Below are positions 39,560 to 49,161 of a DNA stretch of 64,000 bases, piece by piece. Every line of letters begins with the position of its first letter. Position 1 is the first letter of the stretch. The stretch is from the NCBI GenBank assembly GCA_965140445.1, contig OZ223236.1, forward strand, positions 4,544,001 to 4,608,000. The letters run 5' to 3'. Below the pieces are notes generated by a model, which was not told the origin of the DNA, did no database searches, and worked only from the letters and a program-made list of their open reading frames with translations. The DNA is from Candidatus Ozemobacteraceae bacterium (lineage in GTDB: Bacteria > Muiribacteriota > Ozemobacteria > Ozemobacterales > Ozemobacteraceae). Position numbers and translations under genes: made by a program.

Positions 39560-40425
39560 TGTCTGTAAATTCAGAAAGCGATTATGGCTTCACCCTAAGT
39601 CATGTAGTTGAAGCATCAAAAAAATACCGCAGCTTTGCAATTTTCCTGATCATACTATGTGTTTTATTGGAAATCTGGTTTCTAAAATATCCTCCAAGAG
39701 GCATGATTACAACCGATGTAATTGTTCTTGGAACAGTAAAAGGACAACCATTGGTTTCCTTTGAGCAAATATGGAAAAGATTTGTTTTTGATGACAATTT
39801 TCTTTTGGAAACAGCTGAAAAATCGGGCTTCTTTACTAACCAATCTCCTGAAGAAAAGCTGGCATTGCTTGGAAAAATACGCAAGAGTCTTTCTTTTGAA
39901 ATAGAAAAGGATTATTTTGTAAAAATTTCCTTTCGCCAGCCTGGAGCAAAAAAAGTTAGAACATTTTTAAATTCCTTTACTGAAAGTCTGGTAAAAAAAC
40001 TTGAATTGATTATAAGTGAAGAGTTTGATCAAAAAAAGGAAAGTGCTGAAAAAAATCTTTTACAGCTCGAAAATAGAGCGAAGTTTTTAAAGCAAGCCTT
40101 TAATATTAACTTTGATGAAAACATTATTGGGAAAATAGTAAAAAATAGCTTTCTTACTATTTGCGGAGATTTTCTGGAAAATGAGTTAACCATTCCTCTC
40201 CATAATGCCAAAAAAAATCTATTAATTTACACCTATGATAAATGGAACTTTCTTTCTCTATACCCAAGAAAGCCTCAGATTCTAACAGATAAAAAAACCC
40301 AGCCTCAGCCAATTCAACCATTCTATGTATTGTTCTTGATGCTTATTCCAGTTGGAATCTTTTTTATGTATGCTGGAGTTATGGTTATAATCTCTCAACA
40401 AAGAATTGGTATTTGTAAAGATTAA
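39559..40425 (+). CDS. Wzz-like polysaccharide co-polymerase / chain-length protein
   Basis: Two terminal TMs flanking a coiled-coil loop; Pro-rich segment before TM2. Confidence 0.6.
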   Translation: MSVNSESDYGFTLSHVVEASKKYRSFAIFLIILCVLLEIWFLKYPPRGMITTDVIVLGTVKGQPLVSFEQIWKRFVFDDNFLLETAEKSGFFTNQSPEEKLALLGKIRKSLSFEIEKDYFVKISFRQPGAKKVRTFLNSFTESLVKKLELIISEEFDQKKESAEKNLLQLENRAKFLKQAFNINFDENIIGKIVKNSFLTICGDFLENELTIPLHNAKKNLLIYTYDKWNFLSLYPRKPQILTDKKTQPQPIQPFYVLFLMLIPVGIFFMYAGVMVIISQQRIGICKD

Positions 40426-41618
40426 TGAGTCATGCAAACCAGAATACGAATTCGGCGTTAGATTTATTTCTAAAAGCTTTTTTTATCCTTATGCCTTTTG
40501 GGGTTCCTCTTTTTGCGAGACTTGTACCCTCGGATTTTTTTATCCTCGCCGCATCTTTTTCTATTTTTTTCAGTCATAAAAGAAAAAACTTAAAGCTCTG
40601 CCGATTAGATGGGCTTTTTTTAATATTCCTTGGCGTAAGCGTTTTTGGAAAAGAGGCTTTTTTCTATCCTCGCTCTTTTATCTTTGAAGTTAGCTCTATA
40701 ATATTCCTCTACTTTTCTTTGAGAATAGTTTCAAGTGAAATCCCCAATGAAGAGAAGCTGGAATCTTTTCTAAATCTGCTAAGAATATCTTTTATTGCAA
40801 TGCTGGCAGTTAACACTGTCGCAATTTTTTTTAAATTAGCTGGCTTTAAACTTTTCAATACAATTCTATTTAATCCAACATTAAGATTAAAAGGAGCATT
40901 TAGCCTCCCAAACCAACTTGGCATAACAATACTGCTGCTTGCCCCAATCGTTTTCTATAAAGGAACAGATGGGTTAGTTAAACGCATGTTGATTTTTTCT
41001 ATGATGCTGTTAAACACAACGGAAATTGGGGCTCGTGGAATTTTTTGGATTTCAATCATGGAAATTGCAATTATTGAGCTGTTTATTTTCAAAGAAGTAA
41101 AGCTAAAAAAGAACCTTTTAAAAATGCTGGTTCTATCTGTTACTGTCGTAACGGTTTTTTGCATTTTAAGCGGGGAATTCAGTTTAAAAAGAAGTCTGGG
41201 GCAAATAAAAAACTTCCCCATGGCCTATGACGAATCGAGAATTTCAACTTTTCGAAAAGCCGTCAATACTATGCCAGATTGGCTAACCGGCTATGGCCTG
41301 GGTTGCTTTAAAAACAATCACCCATTTGAAATCCACAACCTGCCAATTAGTATTTTAGTTGAAACTGGTATATTTGGTTTTTCAATAGCTTTGATTGGCT
41401 ACATCTTATCAACCTTGCATATATTTATCAGGCAAAAGGTTTATTCCATTCCTAACTTTTACCCATGCTTCAAGATGAGCATCCTTGTTGGACTAACAAT
41501 TGGAATGCTTCACAATATAACAACGAATAGATGTTTCTGGTTGATTCTTACAATTTCCTATGCTGTTTCCAATTTCAAAACTTTGGAAAATGACAGAAGA
41601 GATGTTTTGAAGCTCTGA
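40425..41618 (+). CDS. O-antigen ligase/polymerase-like membrane protein
   Basis: About 10-12 TMs; RLKGAFSLPNQLG, GYGLG, IHN…LVETGIFG. Confidence 0.8.
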   Translation: MSHANQNTNSALDLFLKAFFILMPFGVPLFARLVPSDFFILAASFSIFFSHKRKNLKLCRLDGLFLIFLGVSVFGKEAFFYPRSFIFEVSSIIFLYFSLRIVSSEIPNEEKLESFLNLLRISFIAMLAVNTVAIFFKLAGFKLFNTILFNPTLRLKGAFSLPNQLGITILLLAPIVFYKGTDGLVKRMLIFSMMLLNTTEIGARGIFWISIMEIAIIELFIFKEVKLKKNLLKMLVLSVTVVTVFCILSGEFSLKRSLGQIKNFPMAYDESRISTFRKAVNTMPDWLTGYGLGCFKNNHPFEIHNLPISILVETGIFGFSIALIGYILSTLHIFIRQKVYSIPNFYPCFKMSILVGLTIGMLHNITTNRCFWLILTISYAVSNFKTLENDRRDVLKL

Positions 41619-41641
41619 AAATAATTTAGCAAGGCAGGTTT

Positions 41642-42133
41642 CTATAAAATCCCCATTGCGCTTTTCACTTTAATAGCTTCAATACTTTTTCTTATTGATA
41701 ATGGTTCAGGGATTGGTAAAAAGTTTCGATCAAAAAAGCTTGTTGAGTCACTCTCAGAAACACGTTTATCAAGCCATTCTCTAGTGGACTTTCCATTGTC
41801 AGGAGTGTCTAACTCAAAAGTCACTTTATATGCGTTAAGAGCATTTATTCGCTTTGAAAGCGGAATGCTTACAGGTACACCGGTAGCTGGTAATGAAACC
41901 AACTCTGTATTTCGGGTTCCAAAGGCAACAAGTATTCCTTTTTTGTAAACTTTCGCAGTTAGACTTACCTGGCCAGGTCTTGATGAAATTCCTGGAACAA
42001 GCTTAACAACGACTGAATCTTCAGTAAGTTTACAGGACAGGGGTTCGATAGGTCCTCTGGTAGCGTGAACAAGGTCCTTTCCGTTAATAAGCAAAAGAAT
42101 AGCCAAAAGAAAAAACAACAATAGTCTTTTCAT
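41642..42133 (-). CDS. Hypothetical exported protein
   Basis: Signal peptide ending VHA; AGGGG SD. Confidence 0.7.
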   Translation of the reverse strand: MKRLLLFFLLAILLLINGKDLVHATRGPIEPLSCKLTEDSVVVKLVPGISSRPGQVSLTAKVYKKGILVAFGTRNTELVSLPATGVPVSIPLSKRINALNAYKVTFELDTPDNGKSTREWLDKRVSESDSTSFFDRNFLPIPEPLSIRKSIEAIKVKSAMGIL

Positions 42134-42191
42134 ATTATGCCCCCTAAAATATAGCCCATACTATTAATATCGGCATCAGGGGACTTGAAAA

Positions 42192-42917
42192 TTAACTAAA
42201 TGTTTTTTTTATTTCTCCCACAAAAGAGTCAAACAGATTTTTACTGGCATCGTCAGAGACCCGAGTTTCCTCTGGGTGCCATTGCACACCAACATACAAT
42301 CTTGAATCACAACTTTCGATAGCTTCACAAATGCCATCTCCAGCAGTTGCAACCTGCTTCATTCCGTCAGGAACTTTTCGTATCGCCTGGTGGTGAAAAG
42401 AATTGGTGAACACCTCATTGCTCTTTAACCATGAAAACAGTTTTGAGGAAGGGTCTATCGTCACCTTGTGCGATGTTGCCCAGCGTGGTGCTTCCTGAGA
42501 ATGCTTTACAGATTGTATTTCAGAGATATCCTGATGAACAGCCCCTCCAAGAGAGATTGCCATAACCTGAACCCCTCGACAAATACCTAACGTAGGAATG
42601 GATCTTCCATATGCCAGCTTTGCAAGAATCAGCTCGAACTTATCTCTAAATGGATTTACCATTCCAAGTTTTACTACTGGGTCTTCATTTTGATATCTAG
42701 GGTCTACATCTTCCCCGCCCGGAAGCAGCAAGCCGTCAACAATATCCAGATAACGCTGGCAACCCTCTTCGCTCTCTACAGGAGGAAGCAAAATGACCTC
42801 GGCACCGGCCTGTTGAAGAGCCTGATAATACTTTCTTGAGACATAGGTTCTCATACGCATTTCGTTATCTCTAATTGCTGCATCAGAATACGCAATCCCG
42901 ATTAGTGGCTTTCTCAT
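42192..42917 (-). CDS. Peptidase C26 / gamma-glutamyl-gamma-aminobutyrate hydrolase family
   Basis: LLLPGGEDVDP, LGICRG, NSFHHQA, GVQWHPE (Cys-His-Glu intact); ATGA overlap with the permease. Confidence 0.92.
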   Translation of the reverse strand: MRKPLIGIAYSDAAIRDNEMRMRTYVSRKYYQALQQAGAEVILLPPVESEEGCQRYLDIVDGLLLPGGEDVDPRYQNEDPVVKLGMVNPFRDKFELILAKLAYGRSIPTLGICRGVQVMAISLGGAVHQDISEIQSVKHSQEAPRWATSHKVTIDPSSKLFSWLKSNEVFTNSFHHQAIRKVPDGMKQVATAGDGICEAIESCDSRLYVGVQWHPEETRVSDDASKNLFDSFVGEIKKTFS

Positions 42918-43750
42918 GGAGACCAATTTCCTTTCCGTGATGGATCAAATACGTTTCTTAGCTCATCGCCAAGAAGATTAAAAATTATTACAAGAAAAGC
43001 AATACACAAGCCCGGGTAAATCACCAGATTTGGTTGCCTTATCATATAATCCTTACCAGATGCTACCATCCCTCCCCAGGTTGGCAATGACGGGTCCACA
43101 CCTAGGCCCAGAAAGCTTAGACTGGCCTCCCCAAGAACCGCAGTAGCCATTCCCATAGCAAAAATTACAGTTATAAGAGGAAGGCAATTCGGAAGAATGT
43201 GAGTCAAAATAACTCTCAAGTGGCTTGCTCCGAGCGTTCTGGATGCTACAACGAACTCCGAGGAGCGCAACTCCAGAGTAGAAGATCTAATAATTCTTGC
43301 AACTTCGGCCCAGCCAACAATCGAAAGAGCCAAAATAACAGTTGTAATTCCATTTCCCAGGACCATTGAAATTCCAATCGCCAACAATAAGCTTGGAAAG
43401 GCGAGAAACATATCAACAGTTCTCATAAGAGTCCAGTCAACCCATCCACCGAAATATCCTGCCGCCATCCCAACTGTTAGTCCTATGAACAAGGAGAATA
43501 GGCGCGCTGCAAAACCAATTCCAAGCGAAAGTCTGGTTCCATAAATTATTCTGGAGAACACACATTGGCCCAGCTGATCACAGCCAAGGGGAAAACCCTC
43601 TGCATTTTTTAAGCGGCGCAGAGGATCGGTTTCCATAGGGTCATTTGGAACTATATATGGAGCAATAATGGCGATTACGATAAAAAATACCAATCCCAGC
43701 AGGCACAACCAGCCAGTGAATGACAAGTGTTTCATTAGTCTTTTCATCAT
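42914..43750 (-). CDS. Peptide ABC transporter permease (DppC/OppC)
   Basis: PLGCDQLG, YGTRLSL, EFVVASRTLGA, HILPN, EASLSFLGLG. Confidence 0.93.
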   Translation of the reverse strand: MMKRLMKHLSFTGWLCLLGLVFFIVIAIIAPYIVPNDPMETDPLRRLKNAEGFPLGCDQLGQCVFSRIIYGTRLSLGIGFAARLFSLFIGLTVGMAAGYFGGWVDWTLMRTVDMFLAFPSLLLAIGISMVLGNGITTVILALSIVGWAEVARIIRSSTLELRSSEFVVASRTLGASHLRVILTHILPNCLPLITVIFAMGMATAVLGEASLSFLGLGVDPSLPTWGGMVASGKDYMIRQPNLVIYPGLCIAFLVIIFNLLGDELRNVFDPSRKGNWSP

Positions 43751-44694
43751 GAGGATTTCTTCAACATTTCATCTCTAACCTTGGGATTTACCCAGGCGTA
43801 GATAATATCTATTAAAAGGTTAACAAGTATAAAAACAAAAGCGCCAAAAAGTATAATGCCCTGAATTACGGGATAATCGCGCTTTAAAATTGCATCCATG
43901 GCAAAACGCCCAATTCCGGGAAGGTCAAAAATAGTTTCTACAATGACTGAGCCATTCAAATAACTTGAAAGATCCAGACCAATTACGGTTATAACAGGGA
44001 TTAAAGCATTAACCAGACCATGGCGGAACAGAATTCTTCCAGAAGAAAGACCTTTGGCTCTGGCAGTACGAATAAAGTCCTGATTCAATACTTCAATAAG
44101 ACTACTTCGAACGATCCTGGCCAAAAATGCAGCCGACCTGATACCAAGTGTAAATGCAGGCAAAATAAAAGGCCACAGGCTTTCGGCTCCACGAAAACCA
44201 GAGGTTGGGAACCATCTAAGCTTTACCGCAAAGATATAAAGAAGGATCAGTCCAGAAAGAAAAACAGGAACACTTATCCCTGCAACAGATAAAAAAGTGC
44301 AAGCTCGATCAATTATTCCGCCCTGGAAAATCGCCCCAATGATCCCCGCAATAACTCCCAGAACTATTGAAATTGCCATTGCTATAAAAGCCAGCTTTAA
44401 TGTATAGGGAAACTTTTCTTTTATTGATTCAAGAACTGGTTTTCCAGAAACAACAGAGCGTCCAAGCTCTCCAGTCACTACTCTGCAAACATAGTCTTTG
44501 AAACGAACAAAAAGTGGTCGATCCAGCCCCATTTCTTTTGAAATTCTCTCAATAGTTGCCTTATCAGCTCTTGGGCCTGCAATGGTTTGAGCGGGATTTC
44601 CAGGGATAAGATACAAGACAATAAACGTAACCAGCAAAATTCCTATTAATACAGGAATAGTTCCCATTAAACGTCTAACTGTAAATTCAAGCAT
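43747..44694 (-). CDS. Peptide ABC transporter permease (DppB/OppB)
   Basis: IPGNPA, GLDRPL, DFIRTARAKGL, VETIF..PGIG, RDYPVIQG. Confidence 0.94.
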   Translation of the reverse strand: MLEFTVRRLMGTIPVLIGILLVTFIVLYLIPGNPAQTIAGPRADKATIERISKEMGLDRPLFVRFKDYVCRVVTGELGRSVVSGKPVLESIKEKFPYTLKLAFIAMAISIVLGVIAGIIGAIFQGGIIDRACTFLSVAGISVPVFLSGLILLYIFAVKLRWFPTSGFRGAESLWPFILPAFTLGIRSAAFLARIVRSSLIEVLNQDFIRTARAKGLSSGRILFRHGLVNALIPVITVIGLDLSSYLNGSVIVETIFDLPGIGRFAMDAILKRDYPVIQGIILFGAFVFILVNLLIDIIYAWVNPKVRDEMLKKSS

Positions 44695-44729
44695 TGGTTA
44701 GTAAATTATCTTCTTTCAATTAGTTTTAA

Positions 44730-44764
44730 AGGCCGCATCAGAGCGTTGAGCTCCGATACGGCCT
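44730..44764 (-). other. Intra-operon RNA stem-loop between SBP and permease genes
   Basis: Minus strand aggccgtatcggagc-tcaac-gctctgatgcggcct: 15 bp including two G-U pairs; weak U tail. Confidence 0.75.
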
Positions 44765-44812
44765 GAATTTTGTTTTCAGGATTGTCTATATTAGCGACAG
44801 TCGATAACAATT

Positions 44813-46411
44813 TCAATCCTTAACTTGTAAAGTAAGGGCCTTATCACAGAAAAACATCGGAGAAAACTCAAGATTGGAAACATTTTCTCCCAGCAAATAA
44901 CTTTCGCTACAGTGCCATAGATATAACCAGGGAGCTTGTTCTACAATTTTTCTATTAACTTCAGCATAAGCTTTAGCACGAATTTCGTTATCCTGAATTT
45001 TTACAGCATCTTCGATCATCTTGTCTATGCCAGCATCTTTGAAACGAGCACGATTTCCACCTGATCCCCAATTGTTTGAGTGAAACAATGGATAAAGAAA
45101 GTTTTCACCATCTGGATAGTCGCCAAACCAGCTTAAGTAAAAGCAAGGAGCCTCACCTTTATTAATTGAATCTTTCAAAGCACTCCATTCCATGGGTTTT
45201 AGAGAAACTTTAACGCCATGCTTTTTTAGTTCTCCCTGGAGCAGTCTGGTTATTTCAAACGCCGCCTGCGACGACTTCTGATATAAGTCAAATTTTAGTG
45301 GATTATCTTTGGTATATCCCGCTTCTTTCAACAACTTCATTGCCTTATCAGGATCATATCCATAACCAGCAAGATCTTTGTTAAAACCAGAAATTCCGGG
45401 AGGAATACTTCCCTTTGCAGGAACAGCTCTTCCTTGATAAACAGCATTTATAATTTTTTCACGATTAATCAGGTAGTTTAAAGCCTTCCTTACCCTAACA
45501 TCATTGAATGGGGCAACCTGATTATTAAATCCAACATAAAAAACATTCATTGCAGGAACATTATGTATTCTTGAGGCACACTTTTTATCTTCTTTGAATC
45601 TTTCGTAATTTGAAGGATAAAGCTGCAGCATATCCAGATTACCACTTTCAAATTCCATTTCAGCTTTCATATTCTCCGGGATAACTCTGTATTCGATCTT
45701 GTTTACCATCGGACTCTTTGAATGATAAAATTCATTTGCAATTAACCTTACATAGCTATCTCTAACTCTTTCAGTTATTCTAAATGGTCCAGTTCCTGAT
45801 GGAAGTTCAAAGAAAGTTCTGTTCTCAATTTCCTTTTTACATGAAGCAGGAAGAATGTAGCAAGCTGGCATAGTAAGAAGAGAAATGAATGGAGCAAAAG
45901 TTGTTGCCAGTTCAATTTCTACAGTAGATTCATTAATAGCTCTTATACCTTCTGTTTTATCAGTTTTACCCGCTAATCTATCGTTTGCACCAAGAACCTT
46001 TTCAAGAACCCAGCTTCTTGGAGAACCAACTTTAGGGTCTAAAATCCTGTCTAATGAGAAAACAACATCTTCAGCGGTTAAAACGCTTCCATTATGGAAT
46101 TTTACATTCGGCTTAATTCTGAAAGTAAAAACTTTTCCATCAGGTGATGTAGTCCATGATTCTGCAAGGCCACTAACCAGACGCATTTTTTCATCAAATC
46201 TCACCAGTCCATCGAAAATCTTCGATTGAATGGTGCCTTCGTTGACATCTACGCCACGGGCAGGATCCAAGTTAGTGGGTTCACTGGATAAATAACCATA
46301 AAACACACCCCTAGCCGTTGACTGAGTTGTTTCACCCCGGCTACTGATTAAAAAATTGGCTGTTAATGCCAGTAAACAAACAAGTAATGTTGGGAAAAGG
46401 ATTCGTTTCAT
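44813..46411 (-). CDS. Peptide ABC transporter substrate-binding protein (family 5)
   Basis: EPTNLDPA, IFDGLV, LAESW..SPDGK, VKFHNG, GTGPF, DVRVRKAL, WFGDYPD. Confidence 0.94.
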   Translation of the reverse strand: MKRILFPTLLVCLLALTANFLISSRGETTQSTARGVFYGYLSSEPTNLDPARGVDVNEGTIQSKIFDGLVRFDEKMRLVSGLAESWTTSPDGKVFTFRIKPNVKFHNGSVLTAEDVVFSLDRILDPKVGSPRSWVLEKVLGANDRLAGKTDKTEGIRAINESTVEIELATTFAPFISLLTMPACYILPASCKKEIENRTFFELPSGTGPFRITERVRDSYVRLIANEFYHSKSPMVNKIEYRVIPENMKAEMEFESGNLDMLQLYPSNYERFKEDKKCASRIHNVPAMNVFYVGFNNQVAPFNDVRVRKALNYLINREKIINAVYQGRAVPAKGSIPPGISGFNKDLAGYGYDPDKAMKLLKEAGYTKDNPLKFDLYQKSSQAAFEITRLLQGELKKHGVKVSLKPMEWSALKDSINKGEAPCFYLSWFGDYPDGENFLYPLFHSNNWGSGGNRARFKDAGIDKMIEDAVKIQDNEIRAKAYAEVNRKIVEQAPWLYLWHCSESYLLGENVSNLEFSPMFFCDKALTLQVKD

Positions 46412-46464
46412 TTTGCCACCTTTTTTATCTTAAGGTTTTCTCTTCCCAATACATCGACAGTTTT

Positions 46465-46926
46465 CTACGGATGCTTTAATTCTGCAGAAAATTTTCCATT
46501 CTCAGCATGTAACACCGCCACCGATGGCGGTAATCCAGCGCGAGGCAAGGTTGGGCTTCCAGGGCAAATAACCAACAAATCCTGTTCCTGATTTATCAAT
46601 GAAATATGGGTATGTCCATACACAAGAACCTTTGTTTCTTCGTTTGAGGCTCGTCTGGCGACTTCTGGTCTATGGGCAGCGGTTAGCTTTCCTCCACCAA
46701 TTTCTATTGAAATCGATTCTGGAATATCGTAGGCGAATCTATCACAATTGCCTCTTACCTCATAAACTGGAGCAATATTTCTAAAAATTTCAAAAGCCTT
46801 ACGGCATTCCCCATCGCCTGCATGCACAATCATATCAACACCCTCAAAAGCTTTTAAAATCCACTCAGGAATATGGCAATTATCTGAGCTGGTAAAATGT
46901 GTGTCTGAAATTATCCCTATTTTCAT
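46465..46926 (-). CDS. YfcE/MJ0936-family metallophosphoesterase
   Basis: IISDTH, HAGD, VRGNCD, GHTH, PGS. Confidence 0.9.
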   Translation of the reverse strand: MKIGIISDTHFTSSDNCHIPEWILKAFEGVDMIVHAGDGECRKAFEIFRNIAPVYEVRGNCDRFAYDIPESISIEIGGGKLTAAHRPEVARRASNEETKVLVYGHTHISLINQEQDLLVICPGSPTLPRAGLPPSVAVLHAENGKFSAELKHP

Positions 46927-47008
46927 AAACATTCCTTGTAATTTCTGGTGTAATTTTTACTTAACTATTATATTGTTTTTCTATTATTAAAATAAAGGGA
47001 GGAAATAA

Positions 47009-47623
47009 ATGAACCAGATTTCCCAAGCTCCACAAAACGAAGAAAATTCTGAACCGAATGAAACAACAGAAAACGTTGAGAATAATACCTTTAAAGAATT
47101 CCATCTGGAAAATATTTTTCTAAAAAGAATAATCGCCTGCTTTCTGGACTCTTTTATGGTTGGTGCTTTTGCTGCTATTTCACTCCTTCCAGGACTATTC
47201 TTACTCCCATACAAACCAATAAATATCTTGGCAATCTACGGATTCTTTATTTTTGCAGCGGCAGCTGGGATAATTTTAATCAAAGACACCCCATTTCAAA
47301 TTGGCCCCTTTGATAGCCAGACTCCCGGCAAAAAAGCAATGAATATTAAAGTTTACGATTTAAATAAAAAACCAATTACCATGGAAATGTCCATCAAAAG
47401 GAATATTGTTCCAGCTTTTCCATTTATTATCTCGGCAATTTCATTTTTAATAAGGGTAATTCCATTTGGCTTCATCACAAGCATTCTTGGCCTTGTATTG
47501 ATCTTGCCTCTGCTTCTTTTAAGCGTTATTGCAATGGCATATGAAGTTTACAAAATCTACAGCGGAAAACAGCACAGAAGATGGGGCGACGAATTTTCTG
47601 GAACAATTGTTGCCTGGGAGTAA
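47009..47623 (+). CDS. RDD-family membrane protein
   Basis: KRIIACFLD, QTPGKKAMNIKV, RN, RRWGD..SGTIV. Confidence 0.85.
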   Translation: MNQISQAPQNEENSEPNETTENVENNTFKEFHLENIFLKRIIACFLDSFMVGAFAAISLLPGLFLLPYKPINILAIYGFFIFAAAAGIILIKDTPFQIGPFDSQTPGKKAMNIKVYDLNKKPITMEMSIKRNIVPAFPFIISAISFLIRVIPFGFITSILGLVLILPLLLLSVIAMAYEVYKIYSGKQHRRWGDEFSGTIVAWE

Positions 47624-47631
47624 GTTCTAAA

Positions 47632-48012
47632 CTACTCCTTCCACGACAGCCATTTATACTTAAATAGTATGCCCAGAGCAGTTATTCCAATTGATGAACC
47701 TATTAAGTCCATTAACAAATCCTCGGGGTCGCAGGACCTGACCGGGACAAAAAACTGATGGATTTCATCTGAGACAGCAAACCCCATTGCGAACAAAAGC
47801 GCAACAACTACCGTTAAAGGTCTTTCTGCGATAGTTTTAAAAAAAAGATGAGATAAAAATCCCATCATTGCATACTCAATAATGTGGGGAAATGGTCCTG
47901 TCGGCAAATGCATTTCACCAGTGGGGTTTGAAGATGAAGATACATAGAAAACAGCGCTACAGAAAAGCATAAGCACTAATCCCCACAAATTTTCACTTTT
48001 TACTAATTTCAT
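47632..48012 (-). CDS. VanZ-family membrane protein
   Basis: HIIEYA, SDEIHQFFVP.RSC…DL..D..G. Confidence 0.88.
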   Translation of the reverse strand: MKLVKSENLWGLVLMLFCSAVFYVSSSSNPTGEMHLPTGPFPHIIEYAMMGFLSHLFFKTIAERPLTVVVALLFAMGFAVSDEIHQFFVPVRSCDPEDLLMDLIGSSIGITALGILFKYKWLSWKE

Positions 48013-48089
48013 TTTTTATTTCTTTCAAGATAGATTAATCATACTTAACACTTAACCTTTTAGCCGATTTGCGTTATATTTACAAGTCT

Positions 48090-48602
48090 ATGAATAGAAA
48101 TCATGCCATCCTTCTGGCAATAGCAATACTTACAATTCCGCTCATCTCAATCTTCATTCCTGATAACGAGCCAGGAACTGTTTCCTCATTGGATGGAGTA
48201 AATTTATCAAACTTAAACGGCCAGAAATTTAAGCTTACGGGTATTTTTTCTGACAAACCCATAATGTTTGTTTTTTGGTCAATCAGGTGCGGAACATGCA
48301 TTGAAGAGATACCTTTTATCATTAATCTGCATAACAAATTTAAAGAAAAATTAACTATTGTAGGAGTTCATCCAACAGGCTTTCCTTTAAAAAAGATTCA
48401 TAGATTCTTAAGAAAATTCCCACAAAAAATTCCATATATGCTGGCAATAGACGAAAACATGAGCCTTTGCAAAACTTACCAGGTCAGTGTATTACCCAAA
48501 ATTGTAATGATAAATAAGCAGGGAAAAGTCTTGTATTCACATCTGGGGTATGAGCAAACGAAAGAAAAGGAAGTAGAAGATGCCATCAAATCAAAGCTTT
48601 AA
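48090..48602 (+). CDS. TlpA/ResA-like thiol-disulfide oxidoreductase
   Basis: N-terminal TM; FWSIRCGTCIEEIP; cis-Pro VLP; INKQGKV. Confidence 0.88.
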   Translation: MNRNHAILLAIAILTIPLISIFIPDNEPGTVSSLDGVNLSNLNGQKFKLTGIFSDKPIMFVFWSIRCGTCIEEIPFIINLHNKFKEKLTIVGVHPTGFPLKKIHRFLRKFPQKIPYMLAIDENMSLCKTYQVSVLPKIVMINKQGKVLYSHLGYEQTKEKEVEDAIKSKL

Positions 48603-49161
48603 GCTATTCGCTTTATTTATATTTTTTATAATTTCAGGAATGGTTGCCAATGCAGATCCAGTATCTCCGGAATCTTCGATACTAAAAGCCGGGGAAAAAG
48701 CTCCTGTTTCAAGCCTTCTAGATTTAAATGACGAGGAAATAACATTCCCAGCCACAAAACATTGGAATATTGTCGTGTTCTGGTCTCTATTTTGCCATTC
48801 TTGCATAGAGGAGTTACCACACTTCCAGAGCAAATTGGCTCAAAAAGAGTTTAAAGATGTTAAAAGTTTTCTAATTTCGTTAGACACCAAAAAAATGAAA
48901 GCGGCTCTAAACAACTTCGTAAAAAAAAGAAAAATTGAAAACACAATTTTAGTTGAAAAAATTGCCTCAAATTCTTATCTTACTGCCGATAAATGGAAAG
49001 TAAAAACCACTCCATCCATTTTTCTGGTTGATCCAAACGGAAAAATAACCTTCTCTAATGAAGGACCTATGGATCTGGAAGTGTTATTTAAAGATTTGCA
49101 AGCCGCATTGAAAAAAAGCAGTAAAATTGAGACAGAGAATATAAATGGTCGAGAAAATTAA
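48580..49161 (+). CDS. TlpA/ResA-like thiol-disulfide oxidoreductase
   Basis: Signal peptide ANA; FWSLFCHSCIEELP; TTPSIFLVDPNGKI. Confidence 0.88.
   Translation: MPSNQSFKLFALFIFFIISGMVANADPVSPESSILKAGEKAPVSSLLDLNDEEITFPATKHWNIVVFWSLFCHSCIEELPHFQSKLAQKEFKDVKSFLISLDTKKMKAALNNFVKKRKIENTILVEKIASNSYLTADKWKVKTTPSIFLVDPNGKITFSNEGPMDLEVLFKDLQAALKKSSKIETENINGREN

Noticed and set aside
25118..48012. ddl plus vanZ as a glycopeptide-resistance locus
   Set aside because: Over 21 kb apart; no vanH/X/R/S; Ddl looks like the housekeeping type (YDYSAKY)
48985..48992. GCCGATAA inside the second TlpA gene as a sigma28 promoter
   Set aside because: Coding (Ala-Asp-Lys), weak -35 and about 150 nt from the next start
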